NCBI GenBank assembly: GCA_903892035.1
Contig: CAITGV010000001.1
Location: 155,624-219,623 of the forward strand
Source: an uncultured bacterium
GTDB lineage: Bacteria > Patescibacteriota > Minisyncoccia > Phycocordibacterales > UBA9973
Direction: 5' to 3'
DNA: 64,000 nucleotides
The translations under genes were made by a program, and so were the position numbers. The notes below the pieces were generated by a model that saw only the letters and a list, made by a program, of their open reading frames with translations, searched no databases and had not been told where the DNA came from. This document shows positions 1 through 8,950 of this stretch, in pieces (positions within the stretch are counted from its first letter, which is position 1; each line of letters begins with the position of its first letter).

Positions 1-765
1 ACACTTCTCAATGAAATGCCTCATGGCCGAAAGCCAGTAATAACGGAAATTGTGACTCCTTTAAAACGCGCTGAAGTTTATGAAAAAATTAGAAGTGAAA
101 TGAAAAATGGCCGACAACTTTATGTAATCTGTCCGAGAATAAACGCACCCGATCCTGATATGGAAAATTCTTTGCAAGTAAAATCTGTAACAGAAGAAAC
201 CAAAAGACTAAAAAAAGATATTTTTCCTGAATATGAAATTGGAATTCTTCATTCAAAGATGACAAAACAAAAAAAAGAAGAAGTGATGGACGAATTTTCT
301 AAAAACAAAATCGATATTTTACTTGCAACATCTGTCGTCGAAGTTGGGGTCAATGTGCCAAATGCCACAATAATAATTATAGAGGGTGCGGAACGTTTTG
401 GTCTCGCCCAACTTCACCAACTTCGCGGACGTGTAATTCGTTCAAATACTCAAGCATATTGTTATTTATTTGCAGAAGCAAAATCGCAAAAAACTATGGA
501 CCGCTTGAAGGCACTGAAGACTGCCAAAAATGGTTTCGAACTCGCTGAGCTCGACCTTGCACTACGTGGCGCTGGTGAACTTTCGGGGGTGAAGCAATGG
601 GGCATTTCAGATCTCGGAATGGAAGCCATAAAAAATATTAAAATGGTGGAAGCCGCCCGCAATGAAGCACAAGCTCTCATTTCTTCCGACTCCACTCTTC
701 ATCTCTACCCCAAACTAAAATCCGCCCTCTCGGAGCGAAAATTAGAAGAAATGCATTTTGAATAA
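1..765 (+). CDS. recG: ATP-dependent DNA helicase RecG, C-terminal part (5' end outside window)
   Basis: Motifs LLATSVVEVGVNVPNA, AERFGLAQLHQLRGRV and GFELAELDLALRGAGEL (TRG motif). Confidence 0.95.
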   Translation, partial: TLLNEMPHGRKPVITEIVTPLKRAEVYEKIRSEMKNGRQLYVICPRINAPDPDMENSLQVKSVTEETKRLKKDIFPEYEIGILHSKMTKQKKEEVMDEFSKNKIDILLATSVVEVGVNVPNATIIIIEGAERFGLAQLHQLRGRVIRSNTQAYCYLFAEAKSQKTMDRLKALKTAKNGFELAELDLALRGAGELSGVKQWGISDLGMEAIKNIKMVEAARNEAQALISSDSTLHLYPKLKSALSERKLEEMHFE

Positions 766-766
766 A

Positions 767-1348
767 TTATTTTTCTTTATTATTTGAAACAAAACTTTTA
801 AAATTTTCTAAATCTTGCTTAGAACCTAATATATATATTTGCTCTGGATGATAAACACTATATTCATCGTCATTTGTTCCCTCAAATTCAAATACTCCAT
901 CATATCCATACTTATCTGCATTTACATAAATTTGAGCTGGCAAATGAAAATATTGACTTTTCCCTTCAGTGTATTCAGGATGTTCTTTGTTTACAGCATT
1001 AATAAATTCTTTATTACTAGGTTTAGCTAGATTTTTTATATTTAAAATTGCTTGCATAATATGCTTACCATATCTTCCTGTATTAAAAGGACTAAAATAA
1101 AATCTATTTGCATTCGTTTTACTGATTTTAGATTTATCAAAAACATCAAATTTTTCACCAGTTCTATGATAAAGAATATCCTTAACCTTGCTTTCAGGGA
1201 ATATACTATCTAAATATTCTGAATATTGTTCTTTTGTACCAACTTTAGCAAGTTCTGGATTCTGCTCAAAGACAAAATCCACACCCTTTTTTATTTTATT
1301 TTCTAGACTTTTAGTATTTTCTAATCCTTGAGGTTGATCAAAATTCAT
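767..1348 (-). CDS. ADP-ribosyltransferase-like (ART-PolyVal-like) domain protein
   Basis: Pattern LYHRT...FDVFD...FYFS...GYDGV...EYSVYHPEQI resembles the ART domain of polyvalent proteins; recognised by eye. Confidence 0.6.
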   Translation of the reverse strand: MNFDQPQGLENTKSLENKIKKGVDFVFEQNPELAKVGTKEQYSEYLDSIFPESKVKDILYHRTGEKFDVFDKSKISKTNANRFYFSPFNTGRYGKHIMQAILNIKNLAKPSNKEFINAVNKEHPEYTEGKSQYFHLPAQIYVNADKYGYDGVFEFEGTNDDEYSVYHPEQIYILGSKQDLENFKSFVSNNKEK

Positions 1349-1353
1349 AAGTG

Positions 1354-1426
1354 TCCACCCTCCTGGACTCGAACCAGGGACAGGACGAGTATAAGTCGTC
1401 TACTCTACCAACTGAGTTAAGGGTGG
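1354..1426 (-). tRNA. tRNA-Ile (anticodon UAU), CCA not encoded
   Basis: Cloverleaf: CCACCCT/AGGGTGG acceptor stem, ACTC/GAGT D stem, GACGA-CT TAT AC-TCGTC anticodon arm, CCTGG-TTCGAGT-CCAGG T arm, discriminator A. Confidence 0.93.
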
Positions 1427-1431
1427 ATATT

Positions 1432-2088
1432 CTAACTGATTTGAGAAATATATTTTAGGCCCATTGTTATATATTCCCAAAGATCTCTATTATCAAACAT
1501 AACACAACATGTCCCTTTTCCAAAGCCATTTTTATAAGTTATAGACTTAGAGCTATTTTTCTTAATATATGACTTTCGAAACTGACTTATGGGTATTTTA
1601 AGCTCTCTTGACCAAAAATCAATACTTTTCTTAACATTCATATCAGAATACAGATGAAGTTTTACTTTTAAGTTTTTCCTTTCTACATTCATCAACTCCA
1701 GCCATTTTATAAAAAGCTTCAACATCGCTGGATTGGTATTTGTAAGGGTCACCGCACCTCTTTGAACCTTTGTTCCCTCTCCCCAATATAGGAATAATCC
1801 TGCTAAAAATAAATCTCTTTTTGAAAGTGTTCCTACGTCTTTTGACACTTTTCCAAATACTTCCTTCAGGCGAGTTTCTCTTTTCGCCATCTTTGTATTT
1901 CTACACCTTTCAATGCGAATCGGATTGTTATCCCTTAATTCACGAATTCTTTTTTCAGATAACGGCATATTATAAAGCCACCCGCTCAAAGTACTTTTAC
2001 TAATACCGAGCTTTTCTTTTATCTGACTGTAGCTCATGCCTTTCTTACGCATGTCTATTGCTTTTTGTTTGTCTTCTTTTCGTGCCAT
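1432..2088 (-). CDS. N-terminal HTH plus LAGLIDADG-like domain protein
   Basis: HTH segment GMSYSQIKEKLGISKSTLSGWL; LAGLFLYWGEG followed by VTLTNTNPAMLKLFIKWL resembles a LAGLIDADG helix and strand. Confidence 0.65.
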   Translation of the reverse strand: MARKEDKQKAIDMRKKGMSYSQIKEKLGISKSTLSGWLYNMPLSEKRIRELRDNNPIRIERCRNTKMAKRETRLKEVFGKVSKDVGTLSKRDLFLAGLFLYWGEGTKVQRGAVTLTNTNPAMLKLFIKWLELMNVERKNLKVKLHLYSDMNVKKSIDFWSRELKIPISQFRKSYIKKNSSKSITYKNGFGKGTCCVMFDNRDLWEYITMGLKYISQIS

Positions 2089-2156
2089 AAAATACGAACC
2101 TGCAAATAATAATTACAGACATAGTATACCATGGTTCGTATAAATATATTAGTGTT

Positions 2157-4094
2157 TTACCCTGCAATACTTACAGCTGGTAAATCTTTTTTCTTAAGCT
2201 TAATGCCGTGAGCTTTTATGATGTCTTCATATTCTGGTTGCTCGAGTGTTTCTACTTCGATAAGACGAGTTGCTATTGCGTCTAGAACTTTTCTATGTGT
2301 GGTTAGTGTTTCGCGTGCTTTTGCAAAAGCATCATTCATTATTTTTGAAACCTCAGCATCAATTTTCGCAGAAACTTCTTGAGAATAACCATTGTCTTCT
2401 ACTCCTTGACCAAACATTGGTCGTCCTCCATTTGATTCATATGCAATCGGTCCCAAATTTTCACTCATTCCCCATCGAGTCACCATTGCTCGAGCAAGAT
2501 TTGAAGCAACTTGTAAATCATTTGATGGTCCTGTCGTAATGTCACCAAAAATCATTTCTTCAGCTACGTATCCACCGAGAGACATCGCAATATCATCAAG
2601 AAATTCTTTTTTACTTTGCAAACGTCTTTCCTCAAGAGGAAGCTTTAAAGTGTAACCACCAGCACGTCCGCGAGCAACAATAGAAACTTTATGAACTGGA
2701 TCAGCATGTGGAAGCACAGAAGCCACGAGTGCATGTCCAGCTTCGTGATAAGCCGTAATTTCTTTTTCTTTTTTTGTCATAAGGTGACTCTTGCGTTCTG
2801 GTCCCATCATTACTTTTTCAATAGAACGAATAAGGTCAAACTGAGCAACTTTCTTGCGATCCTCTCGAGCAGCGAGAATTGCTCCTTCATTCATAAGTGA
2901 GAAAAGGTCTGCACCAGAAAATCCTGGCGTACGTTCGGCGATAATTTTTAAATTTACATCTTCAGCAAAAGGTTTTTTTGCAGAATGAATTGTCAAAATT
3001 TCTTCACGATCTGCTCGGTCTGGAAGATCTAGCACAACACGACGATCAAAACGACCGGGGCGTAGTAGTGCAGGGTCAAGCACATCGCCACGATTTGTCG
3101 CAGCCATCACAATTACTTTTTCATTTGGATCAAAACCATCCATCTCAACAAGAATTTGATTCAATGTTTGTTCACGTTCATCATTTCCACCTCCAACTCC
3201 TGTGCCACGCACGCGACCGACAGCATCGATCTCATCTATGAAAATTATAGCTGGAGCAGATTTTTTTGCCATTTGAAAAAGGTCTCGCACACGTGATGCT
3301 CCGACACCGACAAACATTTCTACGAATTCAGAACCAGATAAATGGAAAAATGGAACACTCGCCTCTCCTGCCACCGCACGTGCCAAAAGAGTTTTTCCTG
3401 TTCCTGGTGCACCAGTCAAAATTACACCTTTTGGTATCCTTGCTCCGATGTCTAAAAACTTTTTAGGATTTTTCAAAAAATCAACAATTTCTGAAAGCTC
3501 TTGTTTCGCTTCTTTGTTTCCAGCAACGTCTTTAAAAGTAACACGATTGTTTTTATCATTTGGATCAGTAATTTTCGCTTTTGATTGACCAAAAGTAAAT
3601 GCTTGCATACTAGTCCCCTTCACCTGGCGTGAAAGCATCCAAACAAAAAATGCGATAAGTATTACAGGTAAAAGAAATGGCAAAATATTTATTATCCAAA
3701 AACCAAAACCTGATTCATTTTTTATATCAATTTCAACTTTATCTAAATTTGCCGAAGTCACTCCATAGTTTGCAAGAGTTTGAGAAAGTGAGGATTCTGT
3801 TTCTTTTTTTGAAGTAACCTGTGAATTGTCTTTAAGAGTAAGAGTAAGGTCATTTCCAGAAACTTCAATCTTTGCCACATTTCCATCTGTAATTTTTTGC
3901 GCTACTGCAGAAAGTGGAACTACTGGAATGGATTTACTATTGTCTGTAATCCACGAAAAAAGTGCGACCAAAAGAATAAGTACAACAATAGCACCTGTCA
4001 TTTGGCTCAAAATCTTTGGCTTTTGTGGTCCCCCTTGTGGACCTACAGCCATTTTTTTATTTCCTTTTGGTTTCATCATATCCATACAGTCCAA
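2157..4094 (-). CDS. ftsH: ATP-dependent zinc metalloprotease FtsH
   Basis: Two TM segments, GAPGTGKT Walker A, IIFIDEID Walker B, SRH RPGRFDR, HEAGH zinc motif. Confidence 0.98.
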   Translation of the reverse strand: MDCMDMMKPKGNKKMAVGPQGGPQKPKILSQMTGAIVVLILLVALFSWITDNSKSIPVVPLSAVAQKITDGNVAKIEVSGNDLTLTLKDNSQVTSKKETESSLSQTLANYGVTSANLDKVEIDIKNESGFGFWIINILPFLLPVILIAFFVWMLSRQVKGTSMQAFTFGQSKAKITDPNDKNNRVTFKDVAGNKEAKQELSEIVDFLKNPKKFLDIGARIPKGVILTGAPGTGKTLLARAVAGEASVPFFHLSGSEFVEMFVGVGASRVRDLFQMAKKSAPAIIFIDEIDAVGRVRGTGVGGGNDEREQTLNQILVEMDGFDPNEKVIVMAATNRGDVLDPALLRPGRFDRRVVLDLPDRADREEILTIHSAKKPFAEDVNLKIIAERTPGFSGADLFSLMNEGAILAAREDRKKVAQFDLIRSIEKVMMGPERKSHLMTKKEKEITAYHEAGHALVASVLPHADPVHKVSIVARGRAGGYTLKLPLEERRLQSKKEFLDDIAMSLGGYVAEEMIFGDITTGPSNDLQVASNLARAMVTRWGMSENLGPIAYESNGGRPMFGQGVEDNGYSQEVSAKIDAEVSKIMNDAFAKARETLTTHRKVLDAIATRLIEVETLEQPEYEDIIKAHGIKLKKKDLPAVSIAG

Positions 4095-4165
4095 GTATTA
4101 TACATTAAAATTCCACATAAAAAAAGAGCCCCTTTGTATCACTACTTGGAGGCTCATTTCTTTTT

Positions 4166-4711
4166 TCATACGAAATCAAACTTTGTTGCAGTAACCCAAA
4201 ACTCTGGGTTAGTACTTAAACTAATAGTTGGTAAAATATTTGGTGGTCTCACAACAGAAACTACTCCACAAATATTCCCACCCAATAATTTAATTTTGTT
4301 AGCATAATTATCTACCAATTTAAAATTATTGATGGAATTCAATGCTAAAATTAGATTTTTGTCTTTAAAGTTTGTTTTTGGATTCAGTCTTTTATAACAA
4401 ATACAACTTTTCAGTGTACTATTATATTTAGAAATTTCGTCTGAAAAAACTTGATCAATAACTGAAATTGGCAAAAGGATAGGTTTTGAAATATTATTTC
4501 TCAAAATCTTCTCTCCAATTAATTCACAAGATTTCTCAAACAATGGACTACGGTAAAAACCATAAAAATCCATTTGGTAACTTCCATTTTTGGGTCCATA
4601 AACAAAGTGTCTATGAAAACCATTAGTGGCTAAAAATAAGTCGAGGCACTCGTCATTGTGTGCTCGAAATTTAAGTTTTGGTCTAAATTTAGTTAATGTT
4701 TCGTCGTTCAT
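4166..4711 (-). CDS. hypothetical protein, possibly a degenerate phosphoribosyltransferase fold
   Basis: HFVY near the N-terminus and KDKNLILALNSI...IKLLGGNICGVVSVV echo the type I PRTase layout but lack the acidic PRPP loop. Confidence 0.4.
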   Translation of the reverse strand: MNDETLTKFRPKLKFRAHNDECLDLFLATNGFHRHFVYGPKNGSYQMDFYGFYRSPLFEKSCELIGEKILRNNISKPILLPISVIDQVFSDEISKYNSTLKSCICYKRLNPKTNFKDKNLILALNSINNFKLVDNYANKIKLLGGNICGVVSVVRPPNILPTISLSTNPEFWVTATKFDFV

Positions 4712-4816
4712 AAATTAATGTTTTTTGATGGTTTTACTTTTATTTAATTGACAGTGTTTTTTGTTCTATTTCGAATACTACGCTGATTAAGGTAAAAGTC
4801 AATACAAAAATATTAT

Positions 4817-5083
4817 TTACTTTATAGTCTGAATACCTTTTTTATAAAACTCAATTAACATTTCTTTTTTATCTCTCCTCCATTTCTTAATTTGAATTTC
4901 TCTTTTACGTGCAGATGAAGAATTTTCATGTTCTTCTAAAAATACAATTGAGAATAAATAATGTGATTTAGTAAAATTTGCCCCTATTCCCCCATTATGT
5001 TCAGCCAACCTCCGATTTGGATTATCTGTAATTCCTACATATAAATCATTTTGATTATTTTTTATCATATATACAAAATACAT
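4817..5083 (-). CDS. small GIY-YIG nuclease family protein
   Basis: YFVYMI...LYVGITDNPNRRLAEHN...FT...ARKREIQIKKW. Confidence 0.92.
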   Translation of the reverse strand: MYFVYMIKNNQNDLYVGITDNPNRRLAEHNGGIGANFTKSHYLFSIVFLEEHENSSSARKREIQIKKWRRDKKEMLIEFYKKGIQTIK

Positions 5084-5125
5084 AAATTAAATTATATCAC
5101 CCCTTCAAATTATTCAGAGTAAATT

Positions 5126-5185
5126 GCCCGTTCGACTCCTCATTCTCCTTCGACAAGCTCAGGATAAAATTCGTCGCTCAGGGCA
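5126..5185. repeat. nested REP-like palindromic elements (TTCGAC..GCTCAGG family)
   Basis: Outer gcccgttcgactc...cgctcagggca encloses inner ccttcgacaagctcagg; related copies at 5241-5282, 45351-45375 and 56830-56856. Confidence 0.75.
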
Positions 5186-5193
5186 CTCGACTA

Positions 5194-5229
5194 AAAACAA
5201 AACACCCCTACGCGGGGTGTTTTGTTTTC
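5194..5229 (-). terminator. intrinsic terminator downstream of ssrA
   Basis: aaaacaaaacacccc-tacgc-ggggtgttttgtttt inverted repeat. Confidence 0.75.
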
Positions 5230-5279
5230 GCTTGTGGTTTACCACGAGCGAATTTCGAGAATACTCGAAACGAGTCGAG

Positions 5280-5663
5280 TGGAACTGGGGAGAATTGAAC
5301 TCCCGTGCAAAAAGAATGAATGCCTACGTCTACGTGTGTATTGCCTCTCAAGTGTTTAAATTATAATCCTAAAGAGAACACAAAAAAGATTACAATCGAG
5401 TCTCGAAGTTTAGAGTTTTACGAGAGACAGCGCAAAACTCGAAATCGTCAATATAATGCCCTACTATATCTGGACGAATTCACAGACATAGGAACACCGG
5501 TTGTCGCTTACGCGAGGGCCGGAGCAAAACTAAACGCGTTAGCGTAAGGTGATGCTATTCCAGATGTTTTTGCATTTGGATTTTGGAAAAATTTTAACGA
5601 GATTATTTCCATACTCGACACGCAGTAAACATGCATCGCTTCTTGTCGAAGCCTAGCAGTCCC
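5280..5663 (-). ncRNA. ssrA: tmRNA; tag peptide (A)AKTSGIASPYANAFSFAPALA* encoded at 5573-5508
   Basis: 5' GGGACTG pairs with 3' CAGTTCC-A (G3-U70 Ala identity), 5' GGCTTCGAC, T arm GGGAGTTCAATTCTCCC, tag ORF ending ALA*, directly downstream of smpB. Confidence 0.95.
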
Positions 5664-5669
5664 AAATTT

Positions 5670-6116
5670 TTAATGAACCTTGAAATCCCTTCTCACCTCT
5701 CTATCTGTCTCGCGCTTTTTTATTGTCTCGCGCTTGTCGAATTTCTTTTTTCCTTTAGCTACTGCAAAAGAAAGTTTAATTCGACGACCCTTACTATACA
5801 ACGAAAGTGGTATAATTGTCAAACCTTTTTTTGACTCTTCATTCGCGAGTTCCCCAATTTCCTTTTTTGTAAGCAAAAGTTTTCTAGTACGCATCGAATC
5901 ATATGATTCTGGTGTATTGCCAACTTGGTATGGAGGGACGGTTGCTCCCACAAGAAAGGCTTCTCCCCCTCGGATAATCACATGAGCTCCCTCGAGAGAG
6001 CCGTGTCCACTTCGGATAGACTTCACTTCAGCACCAGAAAGTTCCACCCCAGCCTCGTACTTCTCGAGAATCTCGTAATTAAAAGTAGCTTTTCTATTTT
6101 CCACCAATGATGACAT
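5670..6116 (-). CDS. smpB: SsrA-binding protein
   Basis: NRKATFNYEILEKYEAGVEL, RTRKLLL, KGKKKFDKRE; start taken at MSSL. Confidence 0.97.
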   Translation of the reverse strand: MSSLVENRKATFNYEILEKYEAGVELSGAEVKSIRSGHGSLEGAHVIIRGGEAFLVGATVPPYQVGNTPESYDSMRTRKLLLTKKEIGELANEESKKGLTIIPLSLYSKGRRIKLSFAVAKGKKKFDKRETIKKRETDREVRRDFKVH

Positions 6117-6140
6117 CAGGCTATTGTAGCACAATAGCGT

Positions 6141-6169
6141 TTGACTTTTAAGACGTAATGGTTTAGAAT
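6141..6169 (+). promoter_or_regulatory. sigma70-type promoter of infC-rpmI-rplT
   Basis: TTGACT-17 bp-TAGAAT. Confidence 0.7.
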
Positions 6170-6198
6170 GGTCCCCAGAGCTTGCCTCTAAATTTCAA

Positions 6199-6705
6199 TT
6201 GCGAGAACGAATAAACAACCAAATAAAAGCACCAGAACTCCGGGTCTTAGACCAGGATAATGCTAGTATGGGTGTTATGATTCTTTCAGATGCTTTAAAA
6301 ATGGCAAATGAAAGAGGCGTTGATTTAATTGAAATTGCTCCAAGTGCCACCCCACCGATTGCCAAGCTTATGGATTTCGGAAAGTATCAATACGAGCAGG
6401 CAAAAAAGCAGAAAAAAGCAAAAGCTGGATCAAAGCAAGCAGAGACGAAATCTATACAGATTAAAATCGGAACTGGTGAGCACGACCTAGAGCTTAAAGC
6501 GAAAACTGCTTCCAAATGGCTCAAGGAAGGACACCGAATCAAAGTTGAACTATATCTTGCAGGACGTGCAAAATATCTTGATGAAAAATTTTTGAAAGAA
6601 AGACTCGACAGAGTATTGCATTTCATCACAGAGAATTTCAAACTTGCAGATGGTTATAAGAAAAGTCCAAAAGGTATCATGGTCACACTCGAAAGAGAGA
6701 AATAA
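6199..6705 (+). CDS. infC: translation initiation factor IF-3 (TTG start)
   Basis: RINNQIKAPELRV, DLIEIAPSATPPIAKLMDFGKYQY, IGEHD-like TGEHD. Confidence 0.96.
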   Translation: MRERINNQIKAPELRVLDQDNASMGVMILSDALKMANERGVDLIEIAPSATPPIAKLMDFGKYQYEQAKKQKKAKAGSKQAETKSIQIKIGTGEHDLELKAKTASKWLKEGHRIKVELYLAGRAKYLDEKFLKERLDRVLHFITENFKLADGYKKSPKGIMVTLEREK

Positions 6706-6728
6706 ATTATTTATTATTTTTATATTTT

Positions 6729-6920
6729 ATGATGAAGACAAACAAATCGCTTTCAAAAAGATTGAAGATTACCAAAAATGGTAAGATTCTTTCACGTGCA
6801 CCTGGTTTCAACCATTTCAATGCAAAACAAAGTCGCAGTAAACAACTTGGTGGCCGAAAAATGAACAATTTTACTATTAAAAATAAGTTAAAGAGTACGC
6901 TTTTGCCGTTCTCAAATTAA
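6729..6920 (+). CDS. rpmI: 50S ribosomal protein L35
   Basis: MKTNKSLSKRLKITKNGKI; position between infC and rplT. Confidence 0.93.
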   Translation: MMKTNKSLSKRLKITKNGKILSRAPGFNHFNAKQSRSKQLGGRKMNNFTIKNKLKSTLLPFSN

Positions 6921-6926
6921 AAATAT

Positions 6927-7274
6927 ATGACAAGAGTTAAACGTGGCGTCATAAAACTAAAGCGCCGAAAGAAAATATTAAGTCAGACAAAAGGTTACCG
7001 TTTTGGTCGCAGTACAAAAGAGGCTGCCGCAAAAGAAGCAATTCTACACGCTGGAACATATGCTTTTGCTCATCGCAAAGACAAGAAAAATGACAAACGT
7101 CGCCTTTGGACTGTAAAGATTAATGCTGCAACTCGCGCATTTGATATGTCTTACAGTAAGTTCATCGATGCCCTCAAAAAGAAAGACATCCTAGTTGACC
7201 GCAAAATCCTTTCCGACATCGCTTCAAAAAACCCTGAAACATTCGAAAGAATAATGAAAGCAATCAAAGCTTAA
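6927..7274 (+). CDS. rplT: 50S ribosomal protein L20
   Basis: MTRVKRG, KGYRFGRS, RRLWTVKINAA, DRKILSDIA. Confidence 0.97.
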   Translation: MTRVKRGVIKLKRRKKILSQTKGYRFGRSTKEAAAKEAILHAGTYAFAHRKDKKNDKRRLWTVKINAATRAFDMSYSKFIDALKKKDILVDRKILSDIASKNPETFERIMKAIKA

Positions 7275-7284
7275 ACTCACAAAG

Positions 7285-7313
7285 AAAAAACCGCTCGAAA
7301 GAGCGGTTTTTTT
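7285..7313 (+). terminator. intrinsic terminator after rplT
   Basis: aaaaaaccgctc-gaaa-gagcggttttttt. Confidence 0.85.
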
Positions 7314-7327
7314 GCTATAATCTTTTT

Positions 7328-8245
7328 ATGCACATTATTACAATGATAATTACTGTTTTGGGTCTGTGTCTTTTTGAGGTCGTATCGAGTGTGGACAATG
7401 CAATTATAAATGCCGAAGTGCTCGGCACAATGAAGCCAAGAGGTAGAAAATGGTTTTCTGTGTGGGGACTTTTATTTGCAGTTTTTGTTGTACGAGGACT
7501 TTTACCTTGGATAATTATTTACGCCGTAAATCCTGCACTTGGTTTTTGGGGTTCATTTACTGCTTCGTTTTCTGGCAATCCTCTCGTTGCAGAATCGATA
7601 GCAAAATCTGCACCAATACTTCTTTGTGGAGGTGGAGTATTTTTGATATTTTTATTTTTAAATTGGTTATTCTTGGAAGAAAAACATTTTGGTTTACCAG
7701 CAACAGAGAAATTCTTTTTTAAAAATGGAGTTTGGTTTTACGGAGCAGTATCTGTGCTTTTAGCATATATCGTTTGGAAAGGAATACACATCGATTTGAT
7801 GCTTGGATTTAGTGCAGTCGTAGGCTCAACGGCATTTTTTGTCACACACGGTTTCAAGCAAAATGCTGAAAAAAATGAAAAGAAATTAATGAAAGGCCAT
7901 ATGTCAGATTTTAGTAAAATAATATATTTGGAAATTATTGATACCACATTTTCAATCGATGGAGTGCTCGGTGCTTTTGCTTTCACTCTTTCAATACCAC
8001 TTATATTAATTGGAAACGGTTTAGGTGCTCTTGTGGTACGACAATTAACACTCGGAAATATTGAGAATATTAAAAAATACAAATATTTAAAAAACGGAGC
8101 AATGTATTCAATACTATTTTTAGGATTAATAATGCTCTCTGATGCATTTGGAATGCAAATACCTGAATGGGTGTCCCCACTTACGACAGTTCTCGTAATA
8201 TTGTTTTTCTTTTTTAAATCTAAAAAAGCTTTTGCAATAGAATAA
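7328..8245 (+). CDS. DUF475 / TerC-like integral membrane protein
   Basis: FEVVSSVDNAIINA, YLEIIDTTFSIDGVLGAFA, YKYLKNGAMYSI. Confidence 0.88.
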   Translation: MHIITMIITVLGLCLFEVVSSVDNAIINAEVLGTMKPRGRKWFSVWGLLFAVFVVRGLLPWIIIYAVNPALGFWGSFTASFSGNPLVAESIAKSAPILLCGGGVFLIFLFLNWLFLEEKHFGLPATEKFFFKNGVWFYGAVSVLLAYIVWKGIHIDLMLGFSAVVGSTAFFVTHGFKQNAEKNEKKLMKGHMSDFSKIIYLEIIDTTFSIDGVLGAFAFTLSIPLILIGNGLGALVVRQLTLGNIENIKKYKYLKNGAMYSILFLGLIMLSDAFGMQIPEWVSPLTTVLVILFFFFKSKKAFAIE

Positions 8246-8902
8246 TTATTCGTGTTCAGTTTTTACAACTTCAAATTCAGCAATTTTATCTTTTTTTACA
8301 AGCTCGAAAACTTTTTGTACTAGAGTTTTTGGGTCTTTGTCGAAAACTACTTTAGCATTTGGCCTATGACCTTTTTCCAATATTTCAGCAATTTCTTTAT
8401 CCATGTCCCATTCACCTTGTAACACTCCGATAGGTTTATTGTCTTCAAAAGCAATAGTAAACTCGTGTATGGTTCCGATACGTCCACAGCCGATAAGCAC
8501 AGCGTCACAAGCTCTTGTAAGCAGTAAATCTCTACCTGGGTAACCGAAACCTGTATAGACGATCACGTCCATATAGTCTACTGGTAATCGATATGTATTT
8601 ACATGCTCCTTCTCACTTGCAGCTGGTGAAAAACCAATAGAAAGACCGTGTTCTTCTTTTGCACCCATTGCAGCCCAAAGTGGAAAACCAGTAGTTGCTC
8701 CCGTGACAATGATGCCTCCCTGTCGAATAACTTCGCGTCCTAATTCTTTTGCCTGGTCGAGGGCATGAATTCCACAGTGGCCAGTTTCAGCCGCACCCGA
8801 AATACAAATCTTTAATTTTAAGTGATTGTGCTTTCCGTCGTTTTCTAGTGGTTCATTGTAAACACTGAAATCATCATTTTGTTTTTTTATTTCTGTATCC
8901 AT
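8246..8902 (-). CDS. LOG/SLOG family Rossmann-fold nucleotide-binding protein
   Basis: IIVTGATTG, YTGFGYPGRDLLL, GRIGTIHEF. Confidence 0.85.
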   Translation of the reverse strand: MDTEIKKQNDDFSVYNEPLENDGKHNHLKLKICISGAAETGHCGIHALDQAKELGREVIRQGGIIVTGATTGFPLWAAMGAKEEHGLSIGFSPAASEKEHVNTYRLPVDYMDVIVYTGFGYPGRDLLLTRACDAVLIGCGRIGTIHEFTIAFEDNKPIGVLQGEWDMDKEIAEILEKGHRPNAKVVFDKDPKTLVQKVFELVKKDKIAEFEVVKTEHE

Positions 8903-8950
8903 ACGAACGATTATACCACATATTTTATCTATTTAATGTATAATGTGCAA

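Noticed and set aside
1432-2088. Group I intron or intein hosting the LAGLIDADG-like ORF
   Set aside because: The adjacent tRNA is uninterrupted, flanks are too short for an intron core, and there are no intein terminal residues
5124-5547. ORFs of 80 and 75 aa
   Set aside because: They are translations of REP-like repeats, a terminator and the tmRNA antisense strand
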